In this document: one piece after another, positions 30,009 through 37,921 of the stretch | How the letters are laid out: every line of letters starts with the position of its first letter | Numbering within the stretch: position 1 is the stretch's first letter | Origin: a virus | Lineage: Duplodnaviria; Heunggongvirae; Uroviricota; Caudoviricetes | Virus record (IMG/VR): IMGVR_UViG_3300045988_142058 | DNA: 47,591 nt | Direction: 5' to 3' (one strand) | Notes under the pieces: model-generated | What the model was told of the DNA's origin: nothing | Seen by the model: only the letters and a program-made list of their open reading frames with translations | Databases searched by the model: none | Made by a program: the position numbers and the translations under genes

Positions 30009-30257
30009 TCACTCTCCCTCCCACGTTTTCAGACTTTCACCACAAAACGGGCAAAATGAGACTCGAATAGGTGATTTAGAAAACTCACCGGAACGCAACA
30101 TCACCAAATCAGGTCCACGGGTTAAACTCTCATTCCAGATTTTGTATAGCAGTAAGCCTTTTCTTACTGAGCATTCAGCATCGTGCTCAAGAGACTTTGC
30201 CAATGCAGCACACGGCTCTATTCGATTGCCATTAATTCGACAATTTGATCCACTCAC
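30009..30257 (-). CDS. Small Cys-rich (zinc-ribbon-like) protein
   Basis: GTG start overlapping upstream stop (GTGA) with GGAGG RBS; Cys pairs NCRINGNRIEPC and CPFCG. Confidence 0.4.
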   Translation of the reverse strand: MSGSNCRINGNRIEPCAALAKSLEHDAECSVRKGLLLYKIWNESLTRGPDLVMLRSGEFSKSPIRVSFCPFCGESLKTWEGE

Positions 30258-30619
30258 TTCAACTCCTCCCGACGACGTTCCTGAAGCTCTAGCATTGCGG
30301 CTCGGAAATCCTGCCACCATTCCTCATCTGCAACGGGGGTGTTTCGCTCCAGCACCTTGTCCGCATCAGCGATCAGGTTTGCCAGACTCTTGTCTGAAAT
30401 CTTCGTTACCAAAGTCGTTGGTTGCTCAACCTGCCCGATAGGTTTTATCGTGCTCAAAAGGAGGCGACGGCGGGAAAGTGGTGCGCCACAACGACGGCCA
30501 TCTTCCTTGCGATATGTTTCTTTCGGACCAACACACCAGGTTGTCGGCGTTTCGCGTAACTTCACTTTTTTCTCACCATCAATGGTGATGATTATTCCGG
30601 TATGGGTTTTGATGCTCAT
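30254..30619 (-). CDS. Hypothetical protein
   Basis: 121 aa ORF. Confidence 0.4.
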   Translation of the reverse strand: MSIKTHTGIIITIDGEKKVKLRETPTTWCVGPKETYRKEDGRRCGAPLSRRRLLLSTIKPIGQVEQPTTLVTKISDKSLANLIADADKVLERNTPVADEEWWQDFRAAMLELQERRREELK

Positions 30620-30897
30620 GCCACAGCCCCTCTCAACGGCTTAACTTTGGCTAATAAGGTGTTAAACAACATGGAGTTAGGATTCATGCCAAATGGCAAT
30701 TCCGGTTTAGCGGAGTAGTACAGGCAACCATTTATTTTCCTGGTTGTTATCTGTCCTTCGGCAACCATGCTTCTCAGTCTGCAACGCATAGAGTTCTGCG
30801 ACACACCAATGTGCTCCGCGATTACGTCCACTTTTGAACATGGGTGATCGGTCAGGAAATTAATCACATCTTGGGGGTTAATAATTTTGCGTTTCAT
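30616..30897 (-). CDS. Putative winged-helix DNA-binding protein
   Basis: Second ATG (MKRKIINPQ) has AAGGA RBS; HTH-like VDVIAEHIGVSQNSMRCRLRSMVAEGQI. Confidence 0.4.
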   Translation of the reverse strand: MKRKIINPQDVINFLTDHPCSKVDVIAEHIGVSQNSMRCRLRSMVAEGQITTRKINGCLYYSAKPELPFGMNPNSMLFNTLLAKVKPLRGAVA

Positions 30898-30943
30898 TGT
30901 CGAGGCGTCCTTATACATTTATATAAATATATAATTCTATATA

Positions 30944-30963
30944 CGGCGGGAGACATCCCGCCG
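30944..30963 (-). terminator. Terminator-like hairpin after first gene of cassette-2 operon
   Basis: 8-bp stem CGGCGGGA/TCCCGCCG 12 nt after stop at 30975, followed by AU-rich tract. Confidence 0.4.
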
Positions 30964-30974
30964 TAGGCTTACTG

Positions 30975-32042
30975 TCAGGCTTTCAATAGCGATTCTTTCA
31001 GATATCGGGCATCAGCCAGGGCATTTGGAGTAATCTTGCGAACCCATGCATTACGGGTTGGACTCCACTTAAAGGCGCGTGATTTAAGCAGCGAACGAAT
31101 GTTTGCCTCTGGTTTGCCAGGGAAATAAAACAGGATGCGGTTATCCTCTGGATCTATCTCCATAGAAAAGTCGTCGTATTCTTCGCGCTGTGCTCCTGTT
31201 ACAGACTTGACCGATTCAAGCTCCTTAATACGGCTCTGTAGTCGTTTGATCTCGGCGTTATTGTTGCTCAGTGCGTATGAAGGGAATCCGATGCGCCCAC
31301 AGAAATCTCCGGCCAGTAACTCTTTGGCTTCGCTTTCTGTAAACCTGAGATCGATTAATGCAGAAAGCTGCTGTAATTGGTCTTTTTTGTATTTGCGAAT
31401 GGCCTTATTTGCGGCCTTCATTTTGACGTGTGACTTCATGCAGCCTTGCAGCTTACGAAGCAACTTAAATAGCGCATCAGGATCATCAGACGAAATTCCA
31501 TTACGACCAACACCTGCGGCTTTGCTCTCGTAGTGTGATGCTTTACTTTCGCATTCAACAAACGCTTTTCTGAATAACGCATCAGCTTTAGACAAACGGC
31601 GGCGATGGCCTTTCGCGCTATAATGGTCAACTAAAATCGGCTGGCCTAACGGGATCACATCCAACAGGTCATGCGCTCGCTTATGCGCTACCGCACCTTC
31701 TTTTCTGGCTTTTTCTGCACGAGCAATATATCGGGCAAGACGCGCGTTCTGGCGTTCCTGATAGGTGTTTACGTAATCATCTCCGCGCTGCTGCTGTTCA
31801 AGCCATGCTTTACGCAGATCTTCTGTTACGTCCACCAGCTCCGCAGGGATACAACCAGTTTGGGCTTCATAAGAGTAACCATCCTCATAGATACGCCCAT
31901 CGTCTTCAACAAAGAAAAAGGTTTCGTGCTCATCGCTTTTGACCATACGACCATTAACATGGCGTAATAGGTAGCCAGTATCAGTGCTTAACAGGCTGTT
32001 AGGGTTGTTGATCCAGTCAGAAATAATTACTTGTTTATTCAT
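30975..32042 (-). CDS. DUF3560-like protein, first gene behind cassette copy 2
   Basis: 355 aa; start at cassette RBS; family call from memory only. Confidence 0.4.
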   Translation of the reverse strand: MNKQVIISDWINNPNSLLSTDTGYLLRHVNGRMVKSDEHETFFFVEDDGRIYEDGYSYEAQTGCIPAELVDVTEDLRKAWLEQQQRGDDYVNTYQERQNARLARYIARAEKARKEGAVAHKRAHDLLDVIPLGQPILVDHYSAKGHRRRLSKADALFRKAFVECESKASHYESKAAGVGRNGISSDDPDALFKLLRKLQGCMKSHVKMKAANKAIRKYKKDQLQQLSALIDLRFTESEAKELLAGDFCGRIGFPSYALSNNNAEIKRLQSRIKELESVKSVTGAQREEYDDFSMEIDPEDNRILFYFPGKPEANIRSLLKSRAFKWSPTRNAWVRKITPNALADARYLKESLLKA

Positions 32043-32150
32043 CAGATTTCTCCGGTTTAACCAGGGCGGGTATCGCTCGGTTTCGGGTATAACCTTAGGA
32101 AATTTTTTCCCACCTGTAAAGCACTTTTTATATAAATCTATAATTATATA
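32043..32150 (-). promoter_or_regulatory. Promoter-leader cassette copy 2
   Basis: Differs from copy 1 at -10 (TAAGGT) and in ~8 nt next to ATG; lies between Q-like gene and lysis-containing operon. Confidence 0.6.
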
Positions 32151-32211
32151 TTTATAGATTTTCGATGTTCCCGATGTCTACACACCATCAAAACAGCTCA
32201 AAATGACACTT

Positions 32212-32589
32212 TCACTCTCTTCGCTTTTTCAAATAGTCGACAACATACGCCCTGGCTTTTGCCAGCTTCCGGCGATACTGTCTGAGACTAAGAGAAAGGG
32301 CGTGGGCTTTATCAATATGCGGTGCATTTATGTCGAGGCCCCGAATCTCCCACGCCCCGTATTCAATTCGGACAACCAGCGCCGCAGTCTCATCAACTAC
32401 CGTGAGGGCCGTCACCGCTCCCTCGATACTGGTTTCCAGTGAGTCATTTGGTGCGCCGCCCCCTCCGGTAAACTGGCAACGCGTAACCATCATCATTTCT
32501 AACATCGACGCGAAACCGCTACGGGCGTTGCAGCCATTGCGCACCCACAGCGCCCATAGCTCAAACAAGCTATCCAGATCGCGTCTCAC
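32212..32589 (-). CDS. Putative late-gene antiterminator Q-like protein
   Basis: 125 aa; last gene of Cro-side operon, immediately upstream of cassette 2 and lysis operon; N-terminal LFELWALWVRNG resembles small Q family. Confidence 0.4.
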   Translation of the reverse strand: MRRDLDSLFELWALWVRNGCNARSGFASMLEMMMVTRCQFTGGGGAPNDSLETSIEGAVTALTVVDETAALVVRIEYGAWEIRGLDINAPHIDKAHALSLSLRQYRRKLAKARAYVVDYLKKRRE

Positions 32590-32592
32590 TGT

Positions 32593-32925
32593 TCAGATCT
32601 CCCGTATCGTGACGGGATAAAGCGCCTCTACCTGCTTTTTCTTCATGATGTAGACGTCTGTTCGCACACCTTTAGTGTCGACACAATCAATCGTCCCATC
32701 GTCATAAAACACCATGAAATCAAGTTTATAAACGACACCACCAGGCAGATGAAAAGGCACCTGCATAAGAAACGTCACAACGCGGCCAGCTTTTCTCAGT
32801 AGCTTCAGTTCGCAGTAGTAATCAGCCTCTTTTTTGCTATCAAAAGCGATATCATCGACAACAGTTTTTTTATTGCCGTATTTGCTTTTCCTGGTCGCTG
32901 GTTTGCGAAAGCCGGTATATCTCAT
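32593..32925 (-). CDS. DUF1064-family protein
   Basis: 110 aa with hallmark SKYGNKKT...FDSKKEA...KLDF...DTKG pattern. Confidence 0.6.
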   Translation of the reverse strand: MRYTGFRKPATRKSKYGNKKTVVDDIAFDSKKEADYYCELKLLRKAGRVVTFLMQVPFHLPGGVVYKLDFMVFYDDGTIDCVDTKGVRTDVYIMKKKQVEALYPVTIREI

Positions 32926-33326
32926 TTGGTATCCCCTGGTACTTCACCAAGACTAAGATCAAACCCAATTTCGTCTTTAACTGACTGCGGCAACAGCTCC
33001 CACGTCTGCGCACACAAAAATTCATCGGTGCCATAACGCTCAACAAAGCGAGCACAATTACTCAGGGGAGGGTGACGAACGGCAATATGCGGAGGCACGC
33101 GCCCACCACCAGGCACAACACCGCGATGATGTGGTGCGCACAACCCAAAGCTATGGAAGTGGCAATTCTCATCAACGCTGCCGTAATCAGGATCGTGATG
33201 TAGCTCCGTCCACAGCTCTGGATTCTCAATTTCACGGCCATCAATAATGCAAGCTATGCAACCCACGTGAGTGAGCACCGCTTGTATATAAAGTTTCTCT
33301 TTCTTCGTTGGTGTACGTCCGTTCAT
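32922..33326 (-). CDS. Hypothetical Cys/His-rich protein
   Basis: 134 aa with CIACII...HHDPDYG...CHFHSFGLCAPHH. Confidence 0.35.
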   Translation of the reverse strand: MNGRTPTKKEKLYIQAVLTHVGCIACIIDGREIENPELWTELHHDPDYGSVDENCHFHSFGLCAPHHRGVVPGGGRVPPHIAVRHPPLSNCARFVERYGTDEFLCAQTWELLPQSVKDEIGFDLSLGEVPGDTK

Positions 33327-33559
33327 CAGCGCCCCTTACCATTGATAAAGAGGTTGAACTCGTTGATTAACTGGACATACATGCTTCTGGCCGCGTAGTT
33401 CTTTGCCAGCTCTTTACGGGATGAGATCCCGCAAAACTCACGCAGAATCACAGAGGCCTCAGAACTGTTTGAAACCTTCTTCCCTGTTTTACTGGTCAGA
33501 AAGCGCCAGAATTGGGGATTCTGGCAATGCATCGCAGCACCGCGAACATAACTACTCAT
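33326..33559 (-). CDS. Hypothetical protein
   Basis: 77 aa, coupled in early operon. Confidence 0.35.
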   Translation of the reverse strand: MSSYVRGAAMHCQNPQFWRFLTSKTGKKVSNSSEASVILREFCGISSRKELAKNYAARSMYVQLINEFNLFINGKGR

Positions 33560-34071
33560 TGATGGCCCCCGTCATTTCTGGTGCTTTTCACCGTGCGGCT
33601 TCTTAAAAACCTGCCATCACGAACAACAGACACTTCTCGTTTACCCAACCTCATTTCACGGCGGTAACATTCAGAAAATGCCTCGTCCGGCATCATATAA
33701 ATGCGACGCTTCGCCTCCGTATCCAGAAGGGAACGGCTTGGGGTTACATATAAGAACGACTCATCAATAGGGACAAAACCACGAGCAAGAATTGCTGGCA
33801 GAATACCAGGAAGAACGCAGAAAACAGCTCCACGATGCAGCAACATCTGGTACTCCATGACCTCCGTAATCCCCGTAACGACTGTTACGGTGTCACGTCT
33901 GTTACGGCTGGCAACCAGTCGCTGCACACCTCCAATTTTCTGCTCTACAGATAGACGTTTGCTATCGTTATCAATATGATCGATAACAAATCCTTTAATC
34001 GTTTGATCAAGGTAGTGCACCACCTGCGATTGAATCTGGTGATTATCACCAAAGAAGGCCAGAATCATCAT
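33556..34071 (-). CDS. Hypothetical protein
   Basis: 171 aa, second gene of Cro-side operon. Confidence 0.35.
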   Translation of the reverse strand: MMILAFFGDNHQIQSQVVHYLDQTIKGFVIDHIDNDSKRLSVEQKIGGVQRLVASRNRRDTVTVVTGITEVMEYQMLLHRGAVFCVLPGILPAILARGFVPIDESFLYVTPSRSLLDTEAKRRIYMMPDEAFSECYRREMRLGKREVSVVRDGRFLRSRTVKSTRNDGGHQ

Positions 34072-34562
34072 TCCTCAAGCCTCCCAAGTGCTGAACGCCG
34101 GGCGTTGCTAATCTCCTTATGAATCAGCTCGATATCGCTGGAATCTTTATTCTTAAGCTCCAGCACAGTAATCGCATCACGAACCTCTGAAACGGTTACG
34201 TGTGAGTGTTTCCAGCGAGCAATGAATCGCGGACCGCGTAGATTGCAACGCTCCGCAGGCATCCCCAGCTCAGAGAAAACCGCTTTCAGCCTTGATAAGC
34301 AGTTAACAGGGAGATTCCCTTTGATCTTGTTCTGCCGAACCGATGTGCCATCGCTACGCTGGCGCTGACGCTCGGCAAAATCTGCCGCCCATTGCTGGAC
34401 GTTAATCCGGCCTTCCGAATACGCCACCAGCAGCGTCAGGTTATCCGCACGAGGGAATCTCTCGAAGCGATACCAGGCACCAATCAGTGATGACGTAAAG
34501 CCAAACTTTCTGGCAACACCAATTTGGCCTCCATTTTCGTCAACCCACTCCTGAAAGGTCAT
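34068..34562 (-). CDS. Cro-like regulator (HTH N-terminus with ~100 aa extension)
   Basis: 164 aa; divergent from CI-like gene across operator region. Confidence 0.5.
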   Translation of the reverse strand: MTFQEWVDENGGQIGVARKFGFTSSLIGAWYRFERFPRADNLTLLVAYSEGRINVQQWAADFAERQRQRSDGTSVRQNKIKGNLPVNCLSRLKAVFSELGMPAERCNLRGPRFIARWKHSHVTVSEVRDAITVLELKNKDSSDIELIHKEISNARRSALGRLEE

Positions 34563-34581
34563 TTAACGAACTCCAGTTAAA

Positions 34582-34596
34582 ACCACGATATGTGGT
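34582..34596. promoter_or_regulatory. Operator ACCAC-gatat-GTGGT in cI/cro intergenic region
   Basis: Perfect inverted half-sites, 5-bp spacer. Confidence 0.6.
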
Positions 34597-34602
34597 ATTA
34601 AA

Positions 34603-34617
34603 ACCACATATCGTGAG
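34603..34617. promoter_or_regulatory. Degenerate operator ACCAC-atatc-GTGAG
   Basis: Adjacent to first operator; right half imperfect. Confidence 0.4.
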
Positions 34618-34684
34618 TTTTTCAATGGGCGAAACAAAAAATAACCTTCTATTTGTGGTCCACCTCTCGTCTTACCATGTGAAA

Positions 34685-34699
34685 ACCACTAAATGTGGT
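34685..34699. promoter_or_regulatory. Operator ACCAC-taaat-GTGGT near cI start
   Basis: Perfect half-sites, 38 bp upstream of cI ATG. Confidence 0.6.
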
Positions 34700-34736
34700 A
34701 ATGTATAAATAACCCACCATTCACGATTGATGAGAC

Positions 34737-35393
34737 ATGAAAAGCAACGACGAGAACATCAAGAAAGAAATAGGTCTGCGCATTCAGACTCTACGGAAAC
34801 AATCCGGCATGACTGCCGGAGATCTCCAGCAAGTCACTGGAATAGGCTTAAGCACCTTGCAGAACTATGAGGCCGGATTAAGACAACCATCTATACCTGC
34901 CATCAAGAAAATCGCGCACGCCCTGAAAGCATCAGCGCCTTATATCGCGTGCTTAACAGATAACCCGTTCCCACCCCAGAATACTAACGCTCCTGTTATT
35001 CCTGGGCTTGTAGCTATAAAAAATGACATAGCATCGCACGCCGGAGAAAAGCCAGTGCTGGCGATAGAACAGGAGATTCTACGAAGCAAGAACATCAACC
35101 CATCGTCTCTGTCAGTTCTCCAGAGCAACGATGAGTTAATGTCACCAACAATATCCCCTGGCTCCCAAGTCCTGATTAATACAGACGATACAGAGATTCA
35201 TGAGGGGATCTATGCCCTTGAAGACAGAAATGGCCTGGTTGTTTTGAGGCACTGTAGAGTCATACCGGGTGACAATGCTGTTATGCTGTCAACCGAAAGG
35301 GATGCTGAAATGAACACTAAGCATCTGAATAACGAGGAATTTAAGCGTTATAAAGTTCTGGGCCGCGTAGTTAGTGTTGTCAACTGGTTATGA
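34737..35393 (+). CDS. CI-like repressor (HTH + LexA/S24-like C-terminal domain)
   Basis: 218 aa; N-terminal HTH (LRKQSGMTAGDLQQVTGIGLSTLQNYEAG); C-terminal S24-like fold. Confidence 0.8.
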   Translation: MKSNDENIKKEIGLRIQTLRKQSGMTAGDLQQVTGIGLSTLQNYEAGLRQPSIPAIKKIAHALKASAPYIACLTDNPFPPQNTNAPVIPGLVAIKNDIASHAGEKPVLAIEQEILRSKNINPSSLSVLQSNDELMSPTISPGSQVLINTDDTEIHEGIYALEDRNGLVVLRHCRVIPGDNAVMLSTERDAEMNTKHLNNEEFKRYKVLGRVVSVVNWL

Positions 35394-35435
35394 TACACAG
35401 CACGGCGAAAGCCGTGCATTTCTACGCTCAAAAAA

Positions 35436-35450
35436 ACCACATTTTGTGGT
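35436..35450. promoter_or_regulatory. Operator-like ACCAC-atttt-GTGGT downstream of cI
   Basis: Perfect half-sites; after hairpin 35401..35416; could also act as weak terminator. Confidence 0.45.
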
Positions 35451-35485
35451 TTTGACAACATGTGAAAGTATAAAAGAGGCTACGC

Positions 35486-35860
35486 ATGGAATTACATACA
35501 GCCAATAAAAACGAAACTCTGATCACTGCTGGAATCGAAATCCAAGCGTTGAACATAGCGATTGAGTGTATGTTATGCCAAATCATTGATAATGAGAAAG
35601 ATATCGACTGGATATCATCTACCCTTCATCTTGCTTACGAGCAAAAAGCCTGCCTCAAAACAGCCTTACAATACGATGTGCCTTCTGTATCAAAGCTGTG
35701 CCAGTCATTGATGGCATATAACAGAGCTATCATTTCTGTATGCCTCATGATTCTCGATGAGAATACCCCTCTTAGCGACCGCTCAGAAGCAGCTCTAACC
35801 CTCTCACGTAAACAGCGACAGCTAGCAAATCAACTGATATCAACGATAGCTGACCTCTGA
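35486..35860 (+). CDS. Hypothetical protein downstream of repressor
   Basis: 124 aa, AAGAGG RBS; operator-like site D upstream. Confidence 0.4.
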   Translation: MELHTANKNETLITAGIEIQALNIAIECMLCQIIDNEKDIDWISSTLHLAYEQKACLKTALQYDVPSVSKLCQSLMAYNRAIISVCLMILDENTPLSDRSEAALTLSRKQRQLANQLISTIADL

Positions 35861-35864
35861 CTGC

Positions 35865-35884
35865 AAGCGGGCTAACGCCCGCTT
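35865..35884 (+). terminator. Hairpin terminator after gene 35486..35860
   Basis: 8-bp stem AAGCGGGC/GCCCGCTT, loop TAAC, then AU-rich sequence. Confidence 0.4.
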
Positions 35885-36010
35885 ATATGATTATAGTTTT
35901 ATATAATTATATAAAACGCTTTTCATCCGCCAAAAAGTTGGTTATGCTTACCTCGTTCTATAAATATAGATTTATAGAATTATATAACCAAACACATGGA
36001 GTCTCGACAA

Positions 36011-36664
36011 ATGACTATCTCTGTAGGTATTTTCAACGGAAAAGGCGGCGTAACCAAATCAACAATTGCCCGTGCTTTAGCAGTTGCTTATGCAAAGGCT
36101 GGCTGGAATGTATGCCTGATCGATATGGATGTGCTTAACGGAACGGTAACGCGTTGGGTACAACGCAGAATGGCCAACAATATCGAACCAGCAATCGCGG
36201 CGCAGCCGTGCGGCACACCATCACAAGTCCAGAAAATCATCGAATCAGAAGTATACGACCTGGTTATCGTCGATGGCGGTGCCTACGCATCTGAATCAGT
36301 ACCGAAGCTCTCTGAATTTCTGGATATGGTTATTTTGCCAACCAGATTCTCTACCGATGACCTGGAAACCACCGTTAACACAGCTCATGGCATCGTTAAA
36401 AAGGGTGTGCCAATCAAGAAAATTTGCATGGTGTTCTCAGGCGCGGCTGAAAACGAAGCCGACTACATTGAAGCCCAAGAGTACCTGGCTAATACGCCAT
36501 ACTTTGTTGTCGATAAGTACATTCCCCACAAGCCAGCTCTGAGCAAAGCTCAGGATAAGGGCTTAAGCCTCATTGAGTGCTCATACGTTGCGCCACGCAA
36601 AAAGGCAGACGACGTTATTCAGGGGATTATCAACCAGCTTGAGGCTCTGACTACTGCCGCGTAA
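36011..36664 (+). CDS. parA: ParA-like partition ATPase (small, type Ib-like)
   Basis: Deviant Walker A FNGKGGVTKST; start at second ATG with GGAG RBS. Confidence 0.8.
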   Translation: MTISVGIFNGKGGVTKSTIARALAVAYAKAGWNVCLIDMDVLNGTVTRWVQRRMANNIEPAIAAQPCGTPSQVQKIIESEVYDLVIVDGGAYASESVPKLSEFLDMVILPTRFSTDDLETTVNTAHGIVKKGVPIKKICMVFSGAAENEADYIEAQEYLANTPYFVVDKYIPHKPALSKAQDKGLSLIECSYVAPRKKADDVIQGIINQLEALTTAA

Positions 36665-36707
36665 TATATAATTATAGTTTTATAGATTTATATAAGAGGG
36701 TATACAC

Positions 36708-36956
36708 ATGGCCGCACCATCAAAACCACCAAAGAAGAACAGCAAAGGCGTACCGCCATCGATCGAACAACCGCAGGTTTTCGACCCGACTGAAACGCCA
36801 ACCAGAACCAAATCAGGTGGGGCACAAATGGCGTTTAACGTCGACCCTGAATTTAAACGTGAGTACAAAACATTCGCCAGCTCAATGGATATGTCATTGA
36901 AAGAAGTGCTGACAAAATCTTTTGAGTTACTCAAGGCTCAATACAACCAGAAGTAA
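36708..36956 (+). CDS. ParG/ParB-like small partition DNA-binding protein
   Basis: 82 aa after parA; basic N-tail, RHH-like C-terminus. Confidence 0.5.
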   Translation: MAAPSKPPKKNSKGVPPSIEQPQVFDPTETPTRTKSGGAQMAFNVDPEFKREYKTFASSMDMSLKEVLTKSFELLKAQYNQK

Positions 36957-37018
36957 GAGAAGGTGACGGCCTCCAGCGCCAACTGTTGGCCGTCGCGACA
37001 CAACAAGGGGAATTTGTT

Positions 37019-37168
37019 ATGTCCGAACAACAATATACACGGTTACTGAAAACTCGTCTAACCGACCTCAAACGGCTGCAAGCTGGCCGCTTATTTGCCC
37101 TGCTATCCACCAGACCAGAATGGGTACGTGAAGCAGTTCTGAAAGGCTTAATGCGCTCCAGCGTTTAA
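37019..37168 (+). CDS. Hypothetical small protein
   Basis: MSEQQYTRLLKTRL...; AAGGGG RBS; 49 aa. Confidence 0.3.
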   Translation: MSEQQYTRLLKTRLTDLKRLQAGRLFALLSTRPEWVREAVLKGLMRSSV

Positions 37169-37178
37169 ATTCAACCAT

Positions 37179-37200
37179 AAAAAAGGCCCCCGAAGGGGCC
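37179..37200 (-). terminator. Intrinsic terminator for small-peptide transcript
   Basis: GGCCCC-cgaa-GGGGCC followed on minus RNA by UUUUUU; 7 nt after peptide stop. Confidence 0.6.
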
Positions 37201-37206
37201 TAATCG

Positions 37207-37329
37207 CTACTTGCTGCTAATGTTTATCGTCACATTCAGAGCGTTATCAGTAATCTTCCAACCCTCCCCATGTGGCGTAAACAAAGCTCCAGTAACAACG
37301 ATAAAAATACACATACAGTATTTTTTCAT
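37207..37329 (-). CDS. Small hydrophobic peptide (40 aa), candidate type I toxin
   Basis: MKKYCMCIFIVVTGALFTPHGEGW...; AAGGG RBS; intrinsic terminator immediately after stop; upstream leader carries 15-nt antisense target. Confidence 0.4.
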   Translation of the reverse strand: MKKYCMCIFIVVTGALFTPHGEGWKITDNALNVTINISSK

Positions 37330-37622
37330 TGTATGGCCCTTACAGGCCGTTTCACGGCATCCCCACCGACGAAAACAACGCGAGAGCAAGCACGGCTGCT
37401 TGTGCTTGCATGTACGGCAACAGGAAATCCTCCCCTAAAGTCGGTGCCCGGGTGCGAATCGGCGGGAAGGTCCACAGGTATTTTACGATTATTTTAAGAT
37501 TAGTAATAGGAAAGAAATTAAACGAAAAAAACAGTTTATTTTCACAAAATCAGTAACCTACCCACAATCTGTGAGTTTGCTGACACAACAAGAACCACAA
37601 TTTTTTGATGTATAATAGTGGA

Positions 37623-37753
37623 CTATTATTACCTTTTGAGTAAAATCAATTTGCTGCTTGTGCTTGCGTGGTTGTTTATACAACAACGTAATGCTGAAAG
37701 GACCGCGAATCCGATCAGCACGAAAGAACCGTCCTCAATAGGGCGGTTTTTTT
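37623..37753 (+). ncRNA. Candidate ~130 nt small RNA (antitoxin-like)
   Basis: TATAAT -10 at 37611..37616; intrinsic terminator at 37728..37753; contains GCTGCTTGTGCTTGC (37653..37667). Confidence 0.4.
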
Positions 37754-37772
37754 GTTTCTGCCTACCAATAAA

Positions 37773-37787
37773 CCCACGCTATGTGGT
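37773..37787. promoter_or_regulatory. Near-operator CCCAC-gctat-GTGGT in antirepressor leader
   Basis: One mismatch to consensus; between sRNA terminator and ant operon. Confidence 0.3.
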
Positions 37788-37900
37788 TGTCTCTGTTAAA
37801 ATCCCGCCGTATTGACATGAATGCGCCATTGGTGGACACTTTCCGAGCCGTAGCAAAATCTACGGTCGGGATTAGCCTCCTGAATAACACGATGGCGCAT

Positions 37901-37921
37901 ACCGCGTTAGCGGTTTTTTTA
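37901..37921 (+). terminator. Second intrinsic terminator in antirepressor leader
   Basis: ACCGC-gtta-GCGGT followed by TTTTTTT. Confidence 0.45.

Noticed and set aside
32201-32213. Half-site AAATGACACTTTC matching one arm of the 40564..40588 inverted repeat
   Set aside because: Single 9-mer match with no partner arm, inside the Q-like coding sequence; about 0.4 chance matches expected in a genome this size.
35436-35450. Operator-like site D read as a terminator
   Set aside because: Not dismissed: its U-tract is part of the stem, so it is a poor terminator, and the exact match to operator half-sites favours an operator; recorded as ambiguous.
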